64,000 nt of DNA from Deltaproteobacteria bacterium (GCA_033763315.1 JANRKS010000008.1:1-64000); one strand, 5' to 3'; positions 10,242 to 20,965 are shown, numbered from the stretch's first letter. Numbers and translations: made by a program. Notes: generated from the sequence alone by a model not told the origin.

Positions 10242-11572
10242 AGCGGCTCGGTCGAAAGCCCGTGCTTCTGCAAAAGCTCGATCAAATACGAACGGTTCAT
10301 CTGCGCGCGCCGCGCGGCTTCCCGCACGTTGCCGTTCGTCAACTGCAGCAGCGTCGTAAGGTAGCGCCGCTCGAACTCGTCGACCAATTCGCGACGCGCC
10401 TCTCGATAAGGCGCGATGCCTTGTGGCGTGCGGAACTCATTGAGCAGATCACGGGCGGGCTGTTGTGGCTGGCCGTCCCCAGACACGGACACAAAATCGG
10501 GCGTTTGCCCCAACGCCAGCGTGCCCAGCACGATGTTCCGCAATTCGCGCACATTGCCAGGCCAATCATGGGTGCGCAGGCGTTCAAGAGCCTGCGGCGA
10601 GAACAATTCCGTAAATCGCGCGCCCTGCCCTTCCAGCGCTAAGAAACGTTCCACCAAGGGTGCAATGTCTTCGGGGCGCGCGCGCAAAGGTGGCACATCC
10701 AAACGCACCACCGCCAAACGATAAAACAGATCTAAGCGAAAGCGGCCTTGGTTAACTTCCTTCAACAGATCGCGCGAAGTCGCGGACAGCACGCGCACGT
10801 CGATCGGAATGTCTTTGCTGCCGCCCAAACGACGAATCGTTTTTCGTTCAAGCACGCCCAGCAGCGCCGACTGCAGTTCCGCAGACAGCTCGCCCACCTC
10901 GTCCAAGAACACCGTGCCCCCTTGCGCGCGTTCAAACGCACCCAAATGTTGGCGATGCGCGCCCGTAAATGCCCCCTTTTCGTGGCCGAACAGTTCGCTT
11001 GCAAACAGCGTGGGAGACAGCGATCCGCAATCGACTGTAACCATCGCGGCTTTCGCGCGCGCGCTGCCTTCGTGCAAGGCCTGGCCCACAAGCTCTTTGC
11101 CCGTGCCTGATTCGCCCAAGATCAAAACGGCCACATCGCTTTTCGCCGCTTGCTCCACGCGCGCCAGCAAGCGACGCATCACGGGCGCCGTGGCCATCAT
11201 GCCCCCCAACTCGCGCGGGCCGTGCTCAACCATCACCACATCGGCGTCAACCAATTGCAGCTGCACTTGGCCCAAGCTCAAGGCCGCGGGCGCTTTGACC
11301 AAAGCTTCCGTGCCCTGCAGCCGCACGGGCCCGATGTGCGTGCCGTTGGTTGAGCCAAGATCGCGAACCACAATGCGATCGCCACGCCGAGAAAGCTGCG
11401 CGTGAAAGCGCGACACCGTGGGATCGTCGATGCGCAGATCGTTGCCAAGCGCGGAGCCGATCGACATGTCGTCGCCCGAGGCCACAAAATCAATGGAGGT
11501 GTCTTGCGTGGACCGCACGCGCACGCGGCGAATGGGGAGCCCCACTTGGGCGAGCGGCTTGGTTTCGTTCAT
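10238..11572 (-). CDS. FHA-domain sigma54-dependent transcriptional activator (bEBP)
   Basis: FHA (VSRFHA...DLGSTNGT), GESGTGKE, GAFTGA, LDEVGE, WPGNVREL, Fis-type HTH. Confidence 0.95.
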   Translation of the reverse strand: MNETKPLAQVGLPIRRVRVRSTQDTSIDFVASGDDMSIGSALGNDLRIDDPTVSRFHAQLSRRGDRIVVRDLGSTNGTHIGPVRLQGTEALVKAPAALSLGQVQLQLVDADVVMVEHGPRELGGMMATAPVMRRLLARVEQAAKSDVAVLILGESGTGKELVGQALHEGSARAKAAMVTVDCGSLSPTLFASELFGHEKGAFTGAHRQHLGAFERAQGGTVFLDEVGELSAELQSALLGVLERKTIRRLGGSKDIPIDVRVLSATSRDLLKEVNQGRFRLDLFYRLAVVRLDVPPLRARPEDIAPLVERFLALEGQGARFTELFSPQALERLRTHDWPGNVRELRNIVLGTLALGQTPDFVSVSGDGQPQQPARDLLNEFRTPQGIAPYREARRELVDEFERRYLTTLLQLTNGNVREAARRAQMNRSYLIELLQKHGLSTEPL

Positions 11573-12846
11573 CGAAAATCGATCAGGTAAAGCTCAGCAA
11601 AACAGTTTGTGGCCCAATTGCTGCCGAACAACACACGTTGAGCGGTTCGATCAAGCGTGGCGTGCGGCATCACAGCGCTGGGTTCGATGGGGCAGTTTAC
11701 AACGCTTTGGCTGGTGATGGCCGCCAAAGCGCTGTTGTGGTGGGCCAACCGCCACACGGCGGGTGCGTCAACGCGGCCATTTAACGAAAACGCGGTGACT
11801 TCACCGGCAAACGGGGTCTCGGAATTTCCACCGGTGACGCCCATCACGCATGTATCCGTGCCGTGCGCCGCGCACGAGAGCTCCACAGCGTGATCGATCG
11901 CCACGCCAAGCAATGGCTCGGCAGGTGCTGGTGCCACAGAAAGGGCGTGCTTGGCAATGGTGAATGCGGGCGCCGCGTTCCCTGCCGGCTCGACGCACAC
12001 AAGCCAACTCTTCAAACGCGCGTCGAGCGCCACGTCGCACACAGGTGTTTGCGACATCAGCTGACGCACCCGTGCCCCCTGTTGATCGTAAAGTTCAATC
12101 CCGCTAAACGGCTGATCACCCGGTGCCCACGCCACCACAAGGCCTTCGCCCGATGGCACAGCCTGCATCCAACGCGGGCTGAACACGCGGCCCACCACAT
12201 CGGGAGACACCACCACAGCGGAGGTTGTGGCTTGTGTGTTCGCGTTCCACAAGAACAACTCTTTGACGGCAGGCGCTTCGTTCGTTTGTGGCAGCTCGCC
12301 GCCCAACGCCCACTGATTCTGCCGCGAAGGCAGTGACAAGCCCGATTCGCTGAGCAAGCGCTGGTAGCGCGCAAACCGCTGAACCACGGTCTGCGCTTGC
12401 GCCACGTAATCAAACGCCACCACGGCGTTGCCTAGGATGGCGTAGGCGACGTTCGCGTTTTCTGGCGACCACACCCACGCTGAATCGGCCGACGGAAATT
12501 GCCCCACCAGAACCTTATCCGACAAACGCAGCACTTGGCCGTTGCGCAGAAGAACAACCGTGCCATCGGCATTGAACGCCTGCGCACGCGCGCCGACGTG
12601 AACGGCCGTATTGTCGTGGTGGCCAATGTGATCGGAAACGCGTTCGACGCACGGACCAAACGCAGGCTCCGTTGTCGGCGCGCCTAACGGCGGGCGCTCC
12701 ATGCCCCCACCTGACACGACGGCCGTGGCGGGCACGCGCGCCACGCATTTGTCCTGCCCCGTGGGCCCGCCGCCATCACAGCCCGTGAAGAGCGCAAGCG
12801 CTCCCAACAGCGAGGCGAGGGCAACGGTGGGGCCGAAGAAGCGCAT
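11569..12846 (-). CDS. Lipoprotein of unknown function, probable beta-propeller
   Basis: Lipobox FTGC; beta-rich repeats (WVWSPEN); C-terminal RLAHH...PHATLDRTAQRVLFGSNW. Stop overlaps the bEBP start (ATGA). Confidence 0.7.
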   Translation of the reverse strand: MRFFGPTVALASLLGALALFTGCDGGGPTGQDKCVARVPATAVVSGGGMERPPLGAPTTEPAFGPCVERVSDHIGHHDNTAVHVGARAQAFNADGTVVLLRNGQVLRLSDKVLVGQFPSADSAWVWSPENANVAYAILGNAVVAFDYVAQAQTVVQRFARYQRLLSESGLSLPSRQNQWALGGELPQTNEAPAVKELFLWNANTQATTSAVVVSPDVVGRVFSPRWMQAVPSGEGLVVAWAPGDQPFSGIELYDQQGARVRQLMSQTPVCDVALDARLKSWLVCVEPAGNAAPAFTIAKHALSVAPAPAEPLLGVAIDHAVELSCAAHGTDTCVMGVTGGNSETPFAGEVTAFSLNGRVDAPAVWRLAHHNSALAAITSQSVVNCPIEPSAVMPHATLDRTAQRVLFGSNWATNCFAELYLIDFR

Positions 12847-12961
12847 GGTTGATCGTGGTCAAAGAGTAGCAATACCAAGGCCAACAAAGAACGCTCATTT
12901 TCAGCCGGTTTGCGTTGGTTTTGATCGTGGCGTGGTCTGGAAAACCAGGCCGCCTGGCTGG

Positions 12962-14302
12962 CTAGCGCAGCTCAACCAAGGTGGGCGTCGGCTCGGGATC
13001 GGCGGCGCCACCCGTTTGTTTGAGATCGCCCGCTCCCCAACACCACAGCGTGCCATCGGCGGCCACCGCGCATGTGTGCTGACCGCCCGACGTCACGTTT
13101 TGCCACGACTTCATCAGCGCCACCGGCGTGGGGGTGCTTACACCCGCAGACACCAGACCTTGCCCCAGCTGCCCTCGCGTGTTGCCGCCCCAACATAAAA
13201 GCGCGCCATCTTCGCGAAGCGCACAGGTGTGTCGGCCTCCCGCGCTCACGAGAACATAGCCCGAGCCCACCAGTTGCGGACGTGCCTGCGAAGCGAAGTT
13301 GCCCACGCCCAGCTGGCCTTCCGTGCCGCGCCCCCAGCACCACAGGCTTTTGTTTAAGCGCACGCCACACGTGTGTTCACCACCCGCTGAGATTTGCACG
13401 TAACTCGTATCCACCACACCAGGGCGCGCGCTGTTCCCACCCACCGCCACATCCGCGCGGCCCAAACGGCCGTCTACATTGCTGCCCCAGCACCACAGGG
13501 TGTTGTCCCGTTTAATTGCGCAGGCGTGGGCGAGCCCCGCCGATACGGCCGACCAATCCCGATCTGAACCAACAATGCGAGGCGCCCGCACGTCCCCCTC
13601 CACGCCCAAGCGGCCATCGTCGCCCGCGCCCCAACACCACAAGGTGCCATCGGCGCGCACCCCGCAGGTCATCAAGGCGCCAGTGGCCACTTGCGCCCAC
13701 GTGTCGTCGTTGACTTTTGACAAAGCAGCGACGGTTTGGGTCACGCCAAGTTGGCCGCGGCTGTTGTCGCCCCAACACCAAAGCGTGCCGCGAAAGTGAA
13801 TGGCGCAAGAGTGCGCTTGGTCGCCGCCACTGGCTGCCACGTTGATCCATCCACCGGTGGTTACTGGTGCCGGCCGCGCGACCAACGGCGGATCAGCAGC
13901 CGCCTGGCCAAACTTGTTATCACCCCAACACCAAAGCGTTTGTCGATCGTCCGCCACGCACGTGTGGCTGCTTCCAGCCGACAGAGACAGCAAACTGGTG
14001 GAAGCCACACACTGGCCTTGCTTGCAAACATCGGTGGGCGATGCACAAACGCTGCACATCACCCCGCCCCGACCGCACGAGCTTTGTTGGGTCCCAGGCA
14101 AGCAGCGAATGCCATCCCAACAGCCATCAAGGCAACACGCGGCGTCGGTGCAAACCGCAGCGTCACCACACGCGCCGCCATCACAAGTGCCACCGTTGGT
14201 CAGGCGATCAAGCTTGGCTCGGTCGACTTTGAGCGAACATCCCACCAGCGCCGCCCACAGTGCAACGCCAAGCCACAACAAACTGCTAAATCTGCCAAAC
14301 AC
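12962..14302 (-). CDS. RCC1/BLIP-II repeat lipoprotein
   Basis: Lipobox LVGC; Cys-rich linker; about 7 repeats of SAGxxHTC...GTLWCWGxNxxGQLG. Confidence 0.9.
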   Translation of the reverse strand: MFGRFSSLLWLGVALWAALVGCSLKVDRAKLDRLTNGGTCDGGACGDAAVCTDAACCLDGCWDGIRCLPGTQQSSCGRGGVMCSVCASPTDVCKQGQCVASTSLLSLSAGSSHTCVADDRQTLWCWGDNKFGQAAADPPLVARPAPVTTGGWINVAASGGDQAHSCAIHFRGTLWCWGDNSRGQLGVTQTVAALSKVNDDTWAQVATGALMTCGVRADGTLWCWGAGDDGRLGVEGDVRAPRIVGSDRDWSAVSAGLAHACAIKRDNTLWCWGSNVDGRLGRADVAVGGNSARPGVVDTSYVQISAGGEHTCGVRLNKSLWCWGRGTEGQLGVGNFASQARPQLVGSGYVLVSAGGRHTCALREDGALLCWGGNTRGQLGQGLVSAGVSTPTPVALMKSWQNVTSGGQHTCAVAADGTLWCWGAGDLKQTGGAADPEPTPTLVELR

Positions 14303-14409
14303 GCGTCACGCAATCTACTATCCGGCAGCGCCGAGGGCCACTGCACAAAGGCGAACCGCCAGAGCGGCTGGGGCCGTCTGGCGGTTCTGGTGACTTTTCC
14401 GGACTTAAG

Positions 14410-15444
14410 CTAGTTCGGAGGAAGGAGAACGTTGTCGAGGACGTGAATCACACCGTTAGATGCAAGCACGTCAACAGCTGTGACATTGGTCGTGCCATTG
14501 AGCTTCACGGCGCCGGCGTTCACAGCGATTGTTACGTCTTTGCCAAGCAGCGTCGTGACCTTGGGCAGCGTGACGACCGTTTCCGAGTAGGCCTTGGTGG
14601 CCACCACGTGGTACTTCAGAACCGCCGTCAACGTCTCAAGCGGCACGTCGTTGATCGACATCCACGCCGCGTTGGTTGCAAGCAACTTCGCGAACGCCGC
14701 GTTGGTGGGCGCAAACACTGTTAGAGGACCAGGCGCTTTGACGGCGTCCACCAAGTTGGCGCGTGTCAGCGCTTGCACCAGGATGGAGAAGTCAGGGTTG
14801 GCGGCCGCCACACCGGCGATGTCCTTCGGCGGCAACATCACTTTGTTGATGACGTGAATTACGCCGTTGGTGGCTTGAATGTCGGTCATGGTGACTTGAA
14901 TGTCGGCGCCATTGCCTGCGGTCAAGAACACCTTGCCTGCGTCGACCTTGATGCGGAAGTCAGCGCCATTGACGGTCTTGGCCACCTTCAGCCCTACAAC
15001 GTCGGCCGCTTGAACTTTGCCCGACACCACGTGGTAGGTCAGGATCGGCGTGAGCGCCTCTTTCGTGAGGCCATCCAGGTTTGTGTTCAACGATGCCAAC
15101 AGCGCCGTGAATGCGGCGTTTGTTGGCGCAAACACAGTGAAAGGTCCCGCCCCTTTGAGCGTGGTCACCAACTCAGCCTTTTGCACGGCTGCGACCAACG
15201 AGCTGAATTCGGGGTTCCCCGCGGCCGTATCCACAATGTCTTTGAGCGCCACCGCACCACCAGTGCCTGGCGTGCCGCCTGTGCCTGGTGTGCCGCCTGT
15301 TGCAGGCGTTCCCCCTGTGCCCGGTGTGCCGCCCGTGCCTGTGCCCGCGTCGGGACTGGTTGAATCGCTGTCGTCGTCGCACGCAGACAAACCCGCCACC
15401 AAAGCCAATGCCACCACCGTTGCCAAAGATCGTTTCTTGAACAT
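14410..15444 (-). CDS. Fasciclin (2x FAS1) lipoprotein
   Basis: Lipobox LSAC; two copies of TVFAPTNAAF...YHVV...NGVIHV; AAAGGA RBS before ATG 15444. Confidence 0.93.
   Translation of the reverse strand: MFKKRSLATVVALALVAGLSACDDDSDSTSPDAGTGTGGTPGTGGTPATGGTPGTGGTPGTGGAVALKDIVDTAAGNPEFSSLVAAVQKAELVTTLKGAGPFTVFAPTNAAFTALLASLNTNLDGLTKEALTPILTYHVVSGKVQAADVVGLKVAKTVNGADFRIKVDAGKVFLTAGNGADIQVTMTDIQATNGVIHVINKVMLPPKDIAGVAAANPDFSILVQALTRANLVDAVKAPGPLTVFAPTNAAFAKLLATNAAWMSINDVPLETLTAVLKYHVVATKAYSETVVTLPKVTTLLGKDVTIAVNAGAVKLNGTTNVTAVDVLASNGVIHVLDNVLLPPN
15257..15346 (-). repeat. 18-bp coding tandem repeat (GTGGTP linker of the fasciclin)
   Basis: About 4.5 units encoding GTGGTPGTGGTPATGGTPGTGGTPGTGG. 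Confidence 0.85.
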
Positions 15445-15489
15445 GTGATTTCCTTTCAAGCCAAAAGCCAAAGCCATGGCCCTGCCTTC

Positions 15490-15506
15490 TTCACATGTCG
15501 TGCCAA
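15490..15506 (-). promoter_or_regulatory. Putative sigma54 promoter of the fasciclin gene
   Basis: Minus strand TTGGCACG-ACAT-GTGAA: perfect -24 box, GG-N10-GA (degenerate -12). Confidence 0.6.
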
Positions 15507-15556
15507 GCGGGAAATCACGCGAAAACCCTCGGTTTGTAGCGCAAGCGGCGCCCAAC

Positions 15557-15598
15557 TGGTCGGGTGGACCCAACCGGGTGGTCTGGTAATCCCGACCA
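15557..15598. promoter_or_regulatory. Tandem palindromic activator site (UAS candidate)
   Basis: TGGTCGGG-N4-CCCAACCG (15557-15576) and TGGTCTGG-N4-CCCGACCA (15579-15598), 22-bp period. Confidence 0.6.
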
Positions 15599-15737
15599 CT
15601 CGTGGAAGGACAGCGATCAAGCAAGCTTGGCCGAGCGGCCGCTGGCCTAATGTCCCCGGTTAAACCGCTAGCCCGGCCGGGTTGCCGCCCCCCAAATGTG
15701 GTCCATACTTCGCGGTCGGACAATAAGGAGACCAACC

Positions 15738-16373
15738 ATGGCGATTCGACTTGGAGACACAGCACCTGACTTTACAGCCGAGAGCACGATGGGAACCATC
15801 AAGTTCCACGAGTATCTGGGCAACAGCTGGGGCGTGCTGTTTTCGCACCCGAAGGATTTCACTCCCGTTTGCACAACGGAGTTGGGCCGCGTGGCCGCGC
15901 TCAAGCCGCAATTCGACAAGCGCAACGTGAAGGTGGTGGGCCTCAGCGTGGATCCCCTGAGCGATCACACACGCTGGGCGGGCGACATCGAAGAGACGCA
16001 GGGCACGGCGCTGAACTTTCCGTTGCTGGCCGATCCCGATCGCAAAGTGTCTGAGCTTTACGACATGATCCACCCCAACGCGAACGCCACGTTGACTGTG
16101 CGCTCTGTGTTTGTGATCGGCCCCGACAAGAAGGTGAAGCTGAGCATCACCTACCCAGCCAGCACGGGACGCAACTTCGATGAGATCTTGCGTGTGATCG
16201 ACTCTTTGCAACTGACCGCGAACCACAGCGTGGCCACACCTGCGGATTGGAAAGACGGGCAAGACGTGATCATTGTTCCCGCGCTCAGCGACGCTGACGC
16301 GAAGGAAAAGTTCCCGAAGGGTTGGAAGGCCGTTAAGCCTTACCTGCGCATCACGCCGCAGCCAAACAAGTAA
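15738..16373 (+). CDS. 1-Cys peroxiredoxin (Prx6 family)
   Basis: FSHPKDFTPVCTTELG, YPASTGRNFDEILR; TAAGGAG RBS. Confidence 0.96.
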   Translation: MAIRLGDTAPDFTAESTMGTIKFHEYLGNSWGVLFSHPKDFTPVCTTELGRVAALKPQFDKRNVKVVGLSVDPLSDHTRWAGDIEETQGTALNFPLLADPDRKVSELYDMIHPNANATLTVRSVFVIGPDKKVKLSITYPASTGRNFDEILRVIDSLQLTANHSVATPADWKDGQDVIIVPALSDADAKEKFPKGWKAVKPYLRITPQPNK

Positions 16374-16454
16374 CCGCGAGCGACGCCATCGAGCGGGCGA
16401 GGCCTTGGGTGGCGTTGCCCGCTTTCATGCCTCCGCGCATGGTATGTTGTGCCA

Positions 16455-17828
16455 TTGACCGCCATGGACGCCCCACGACGGCTCGGTCGCTACGAGTTGC
16501 TACACCCCATTGCCGCCGGTGGTATGGCCACGGTGTTTCTTGGCCGGGCTGCGGGGATCGGCGGCTTTGAACGTTTGGTGGCGGTGAAGGTTTGTCATCC
16601 CCATTTGCGAGGGGATCCCGAGTTCGCTGCGATGTTCTTGGACGAAGCGCGCTTGGCGGCGCGCATCCATCATCCGAATGTGGTGCCCGTGCTGGATGTG
16701 GGGGATGACGGCGCGCTCTTCTTCGTGATGGAATACGTCCAAGGCGTTGCGCTTTCGGAGTTGATTCGGGAGGCGCACGCCGTGCCTCTGCCGATCGTGA
16801 TGCGGATTGCGCGTGACTTGTTGGCGGGCTTGCATGCGGCACACGAGCTTCGCGATGGCGAAGGCCAACCACTGAACGTGGTTCATAGAGATGTATCACC
16901 CCAGAACGTTCTGGTGGGCTGCGACGGTGTGTCTCGCGTGGTTGATTTCGGCGTGGCCAAAGCAGAGGCACGCGCCACGGTCACCAAGGGGGGCGCTGTG
17001 AAGGGCAAAATTGGCTACATGCCCCCCGAACAGTTTCTCGGCAAGCCGGTGGGCCGGCGTGCGGATATCTACGCCACCGCGGTGGTGATCTGGGAATCAT
17101 TGGCCGGCGTTCGCTTGTTCGATGCCGACTCCGACGCAGGAGTGATGAACCTGGTTCTGCGCGGGCAAATGAGGCCTTGGCCAACGAATGTACCCGCGCT
17201 GCCGGAGTCATTGCAAGGCATCCTGTCGCGCGCGCTCAGCGTTGATCCGCAGTCGCGGTTTCACACGGCGAACGAAATGTTGGCCGCCCTTGAAGACGCG
17301 ACCATCGGCGTCGCAACAGCAAACGAGGTGGGGGCATGGGTGCAAAGCGCAGGCCCCGCATCTTTGCGCGAACGGCGGCGTCTGGTGATGACGGTCAGCA
17401 CGCAACGGGAGACGACCCATGGCGCTGGCAAAGCTGGGTCCACAACTTTGTTTGCGCGTTGGCGCGCCGGTCACTTGATCGTTGTGCCGCGGCGTTGGAT
17501 CGTCAGCGCGGGTGTTTTGACATCGGCGTTGGTGGCCGCGGTGCTGTGGGCCTTGATCGCACGCGGGCCCACACCCGTGGCCACAAAGCCTGCCAACCCG
17601 CCCCCTCCACCTGTGCAGGCACAAGCGTCGCAGGCAACCGACGCGCCCGCCTCCGCCCTAATGCAAACCCCGCCGGTGCTTGGGGCAACGGCGCCAAAAG
17701 CGGGTGTACCAAGCCAGCCACCGGCGCCCAAGACGTCCGAGAAGCCAAGGGTTAAGCGCAAAAGCGCCGGGAGAGCTGGTAACAAGGTGGCTAAGACGCC
17801 TCAGGAATTTCGGCCCACTGAGTTGTAA
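16455..17828 (+). CDS. Membrane Ser/Thr protein kinase with Pro/Lys-rich extracytoplasmic tail
   Basis: AAGGMA, VAVK, HRDVSPQN, DFG, YMPPE. TM WIVSAGVLTSALVAAVLWALIA; ends EFRPTEL. Start 16449, 16455 or 16464. Confidence 0.93.
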   Translation: MTAMDAPRRLGRYELLHPIAAGGMATVFLGRAAGIGGFERLVAVKVCHPHLRGDPEFAAMFLDEARLAARIHHPNVVPVLDVGDDGALFFVMEYVQGVALSELIREAHAVPLPIVMRIARDLLAGLHAAHELRDGEGQPLNVVHRDVSPQNVLVGCDGVSRVVDFGVAKAEARATVTKGGAVKGKIGYMPPEQFLGKPVGRRADIYATAVVIWESLAGVRLFDADSDAGVMNLVLRGQMRPWPTNVPALPESLQGILSRALSVDPQSRFHTANEMLAALEDATIGVATANEVGAWVQSAGPASLRERRRLVMTVSTQRETTHGAGKAGSTTLFARWRAGHLIVVPRRWIVSAGVLTSALVAAVLWALIARGPTPVATKPANPPPPPVQAQASQATDAPASALMQTPPVLGATAPKAGVPSQPPAPKTSEKPRVKRKSAGRAGNKVAKTPQEFRPTEL

Positions 17829-17837
17829 GATGATCGC

Positions 17838-18788
17838 GTGATCCCCGTGGCTCTCGCTCGGTTTGTGTTTTTCGGATGCGTCTGCGCGGCTTTGACATTG
17901 GGTCACTCGCAGCCGAGCCATGCCGACGCGTCCATCGAGGCCACGGCGCTTGCGAAGGAACGCTTTGCGCGCGGGCTCACGCTTTACGATCAAGGTGATT
18001 TCCGCGGCGCGCTTGGCGCGTTTGAAAGCTCGGTTGATGTCTACGCGTCACCTAACTCCATCCTTTACATCGCTCGTTGCCTCCGCGCCCTGTCCCGCTT
18101 TGCCGAAGCGGTCGCCCGTTACGAACGCACGGTGCAGATGGCCAATAATTTTGCCGTCACTGAACCGCGTTACCGAGACACGGCAGCGGCGGCCGCAGCC
18201 GAGCTTGCACAAACCAAACTTCGTGTCGGTCGCATCGCGGTCACGGTTTTGCAGCCTCAACCATCAACGTGCGTTTTTGTGGGTGACAAACAACTTGCGC
18301 CGTCGGACTGGGGCGCATGGATCGCGGTGGATCCAGGCGAGGTGAAGATCACAGCCAAGAATGAAGACAAACTGGTGACGTCATCAACCATCTGGGTGCA
18401 AGCGGGCGCCGACGCGAAGGTGGAATTGTCCATTCCCACGCCCGTTGGCACCATCCCCTCCGCGCCGCGTGAGCGCAGCCAGCGCTCGCCCTGGGTTTAT
18501 CCGAGCGTTGCCGTCGCAACGTTGGGCGTCGGCGCGTTCGCTGCATTTGCGATCTTGGCGAAACGGACGCACGCCACGCTTGAAAGCCGCTGCCCGGAAG
18601 GGTTTTGCCGCACGTCGCAAGACGACCTTATCGACCGCGGGCAGACGTATCAAACGCTCGCCAACGTCGGTCTCGCGGTGGGAGCGCTTGGTTTGGGTGC
18701 CAGCGCATGGTTTTGGTGGAAAGGCCATCAGGTGAGCGCCGAACCTCGCAGCGACGGTGCCTTCTTGCAGATCGCCGGGCCCTTTTAG
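17838..18788 (+). CDS. Exported TPR/PEGA-like protein
   Basis: Signal peptide (…SHA); TPR (AKERFARGLTLYDQGDF...SPNSILYIARCL); PEGA-like beta domain (VDPGEVKITA); C-terminal hydrophobic hairpin with C-x4-C; terminal Phe. Confidence 0.8.
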   Translation: MIPVALARFVFFGCVCAALTLGHSQPSHADASIEATALAKERFARGLTLYDQGDFRGALGAFESSVDVYASPNSILYIARCLRALSRFAEAVARYERTVQMANNFAVTEPRYRDTAAAAAAELAQTKLRVGRIAVTVLQPQPSTCVFVGDKQLAPSDWGAWIAVDPGEVKITAKNEDKLVTSSTIWVQAGADAKVELSIPTPVGTIPSAPRERSQRSPWVYPSVAVATLGVGAFAAFAILAKRTHATLESRCPEGFCRTSQDDLIDRGQTYQTLANVGLAVGALGLGASAWFWWKGHQVSAEPRSDGAFLQIAGPF

Positions 18789-18822
18789 CCGTACGCTGCG
18801 GCTGTTGATACTATGCTGGCGC

Positions 18823-20121
18823 TTGGTGGCCACGCATAACGAGACCCAGATTGTTCAGGAACAAGGCTCCGGCGGCCGTGTCGCGGTCCGGCAAAGGCCT
18901 CGCATTTCATGGTCTGACGAGGCTGGCGCCCACACAGTGATCGTCGAAGATCGCATGGTCATAGGCTCGGCCCCGGGGGTCGATTTGCAAATTGCATTGC
19001 CCACCGTCTCGCGGTTGCACGCCGAGTTTGAGCCGCGCGAGGACGGCCTGTGGGTGCGCGACCTGGGCAGCCGCAACGGCACGTTCATCGACGGCATTCG
19101 CATCGAGTGCGCCCGCTTGATGGAAGGTTCCACATTGGCGATGGGCACAGCACGGCTCGTCGTGGCGGAAGCCGCGTTGCCCGTGGCCGTTGATTTGTGG
19201 CCAACCTCGCCGTTTCACGACCTCGTCGGCGCGAGCACGGCCATGCGTGCGTTGTTTGCGCGGCTCGCGAAGGTGGCCAAAAGTGACGTCACCACACTGA
19301 TCCTGGGCGAGACCGGCACCGGCAAGGAATTGGTCGCCAAAGCCATTCATGAGCATTCAGCGCGCGCCGACGGCGCGTTCCAAGTGGTGGACTGCGGGGC
19401 GTTGCCCGAAAACCTTTTGGAAGCTGAACTGTTCGGGCACGTCAAAGGCGCCTTTACCGGCGCTTCAAGCTCACGTGCAGGAGCGTTTGAAGTGGCCGCC
19501 GGAGGCACGGTGTTTCTCGACGAGATCGGCGAGATGCCCCTGACGATGCAGCCCAAACTTTTGCGCGTGCTCGAATCACAAACCGTAAAACGTTTGGGCG
19601 AAACGCAGCATCGCAAAGTGGACTGCAGAATCGTATCGGCCACCAACCGTGATCTGCGCGCTTTGGTTAACGCCGGCGCCTTTCGAGAGGATCTCTATTT
19701 TCGGTTGGCCGTGGTGCCGGTTGTGGTCCCCCCTTTGCGCGAGAGGCGCGACGACATTCCGCTGCTGTTGGAGCACTTCATTCGAGGCCGCGACTGTGGA
19801 TTCGATGCCGCTTTCAAACAAGATCTCATGCAGCGTCCGTGGATGGGAAACGTGCGCGAGCTGCGGAATTTCGTGGAGCAAGCGCTTGTTCTCGGCACAC
19901 GCGAGGCACTGAGGTCCATGCCAACCGCGGCGGAGAAACTCCCCGAGGTGCCGGCAGATAAGCCGTTTAAGGACATCCGCGACGAATGGATGAATCACAT
20001 CGAGCGCCAGTACATCGCGCGCTTACTTGAGCGGTTGAGTGGCAATGTGACCGCCGTTGCGGAAGCCGCAGGGCTCGACCGCTCTTACGTTCACAGGCTG
20101 ATAAAGAAACACGATCTATAA
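18823..20121 (+). CDS. FHA-domain sigma54-dependent transcriptional activator (bEBP)
   Basis: FHA (VSRLHA...DLGSRNGT), [31 protein letters not shown]. Start 18823 or 18826. Confidence 0.95.
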   Translation: MVATHNETQIVQEQGSGGRVAVRQRPRISWSDEAGAHTVIVEDRMVIGSAPGVDLQIALPTVSRLHAEFEPREDGLWVRDLGSRNGTFIDGIRIECARLMEGSTLAMGTARLVVAEAALPVAVDLWPTSPFHDLVGASTAMRALFARLAKVAKSDVTTLILGETGTGKELVAKAIHEHSARADGAFQVVDCGALPENLLEAELFGHVKGAFTGASSSRAGAFEVAAGGTVFLDEIGEMPLTMQPKLLRVLESQTVKRLGETQHRKVDCRIVSATNRDLRALVNAGAFREDLYFRLAVVPVVVPPLRERRDDIPLLLEHFIRGRDCGFDAAFKQDLMQRPWMGNVRELRNFVEQALVLGTREALRSMPTAAEKLPEVPADKPFKDIRDEWMNHIERQYIARLLERLSGNVTAVAEAAGLDRSYVHRLIKKHDL

Positions 20122-20965
20122 GCCGCGATGTTGGTAAACGCGGATCCAGTCAATTTGCAAGACCGCGGGAAACACGGTTGTGTCGTCAGGCTGTTCCCCC
20201 GACGCGATGGCAGCGTGCGGCGTGATCTGCAAACGCATCGGCATGGTGAGGGCTGACGCCAGTTGCGGCACCGCCCCTTTCGCGGCCCCATCCAAATAGA
20301 ACACCACGTTCGTGGGGGTCCAATCAATCCCGAAGGTGTGAAAGTCAGCCGCCAGATCGACTGTGCTGACCGAATTGCCCGCATACGTGGTGTCGTTGGC
20401 GCCTGCCGGTACAAACCAGCCACCGAACTTGTTCGTCTTGGGATCGCCGCCAACGACGTCCACGAAGTTGACTTGGGGCGGCCACCGCGTTGCATCTGCC
20501 AACGACACAGTCGTCGCCAAACCCTTACCCCTCACGACTTTGGCCCGCACCTCGAAGTATCCGTACTTCTGTTCAAACTTATTGGTTGAATCCAACGTGG
20601 CTGAACCGAACTTTGCGCCGTCAGTGGGTTCATTGGCTATTCTGAGCGAGCAGACTCCACCTTGAAAACTCACGTTGCGATCGGCCACGGCTGAGCCGCT
20701 CCAATCGTAGCGGCGAAAAGCGGTGGTCCGATCGGGCGCGATGAAGCTGGTGTTCCACCACCTGGGGTCGGGTGCATTGCCCTCACACTCTTCACGAAAG
20801 GTTAGGGTCAAATCGCTGTTCTGAGGCCCCTGTGGCGCTGGGCTCTCATAGCTTTCCCAATCCCATTGACAGGTGGAGGAGGCCAGCCACGGCAACATGA
20901 CACACAGCTGCCAGAGGCGGCTTGGCTGCTTCTGGGGCGGCGGTGACGGACGGACCGGGACCATT
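20116..20965 (-). CDS. GH16-fold protein with degenerate catalytic motif, probably exported/lipoprotein
   Basis: FEQKYGYFEVRAK, ADFHTFGIDWTP, FYLDG, QIDWIRVYQ. WPPQVNFVD replaces WPPEIDxxE. Confidence 0.85.
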
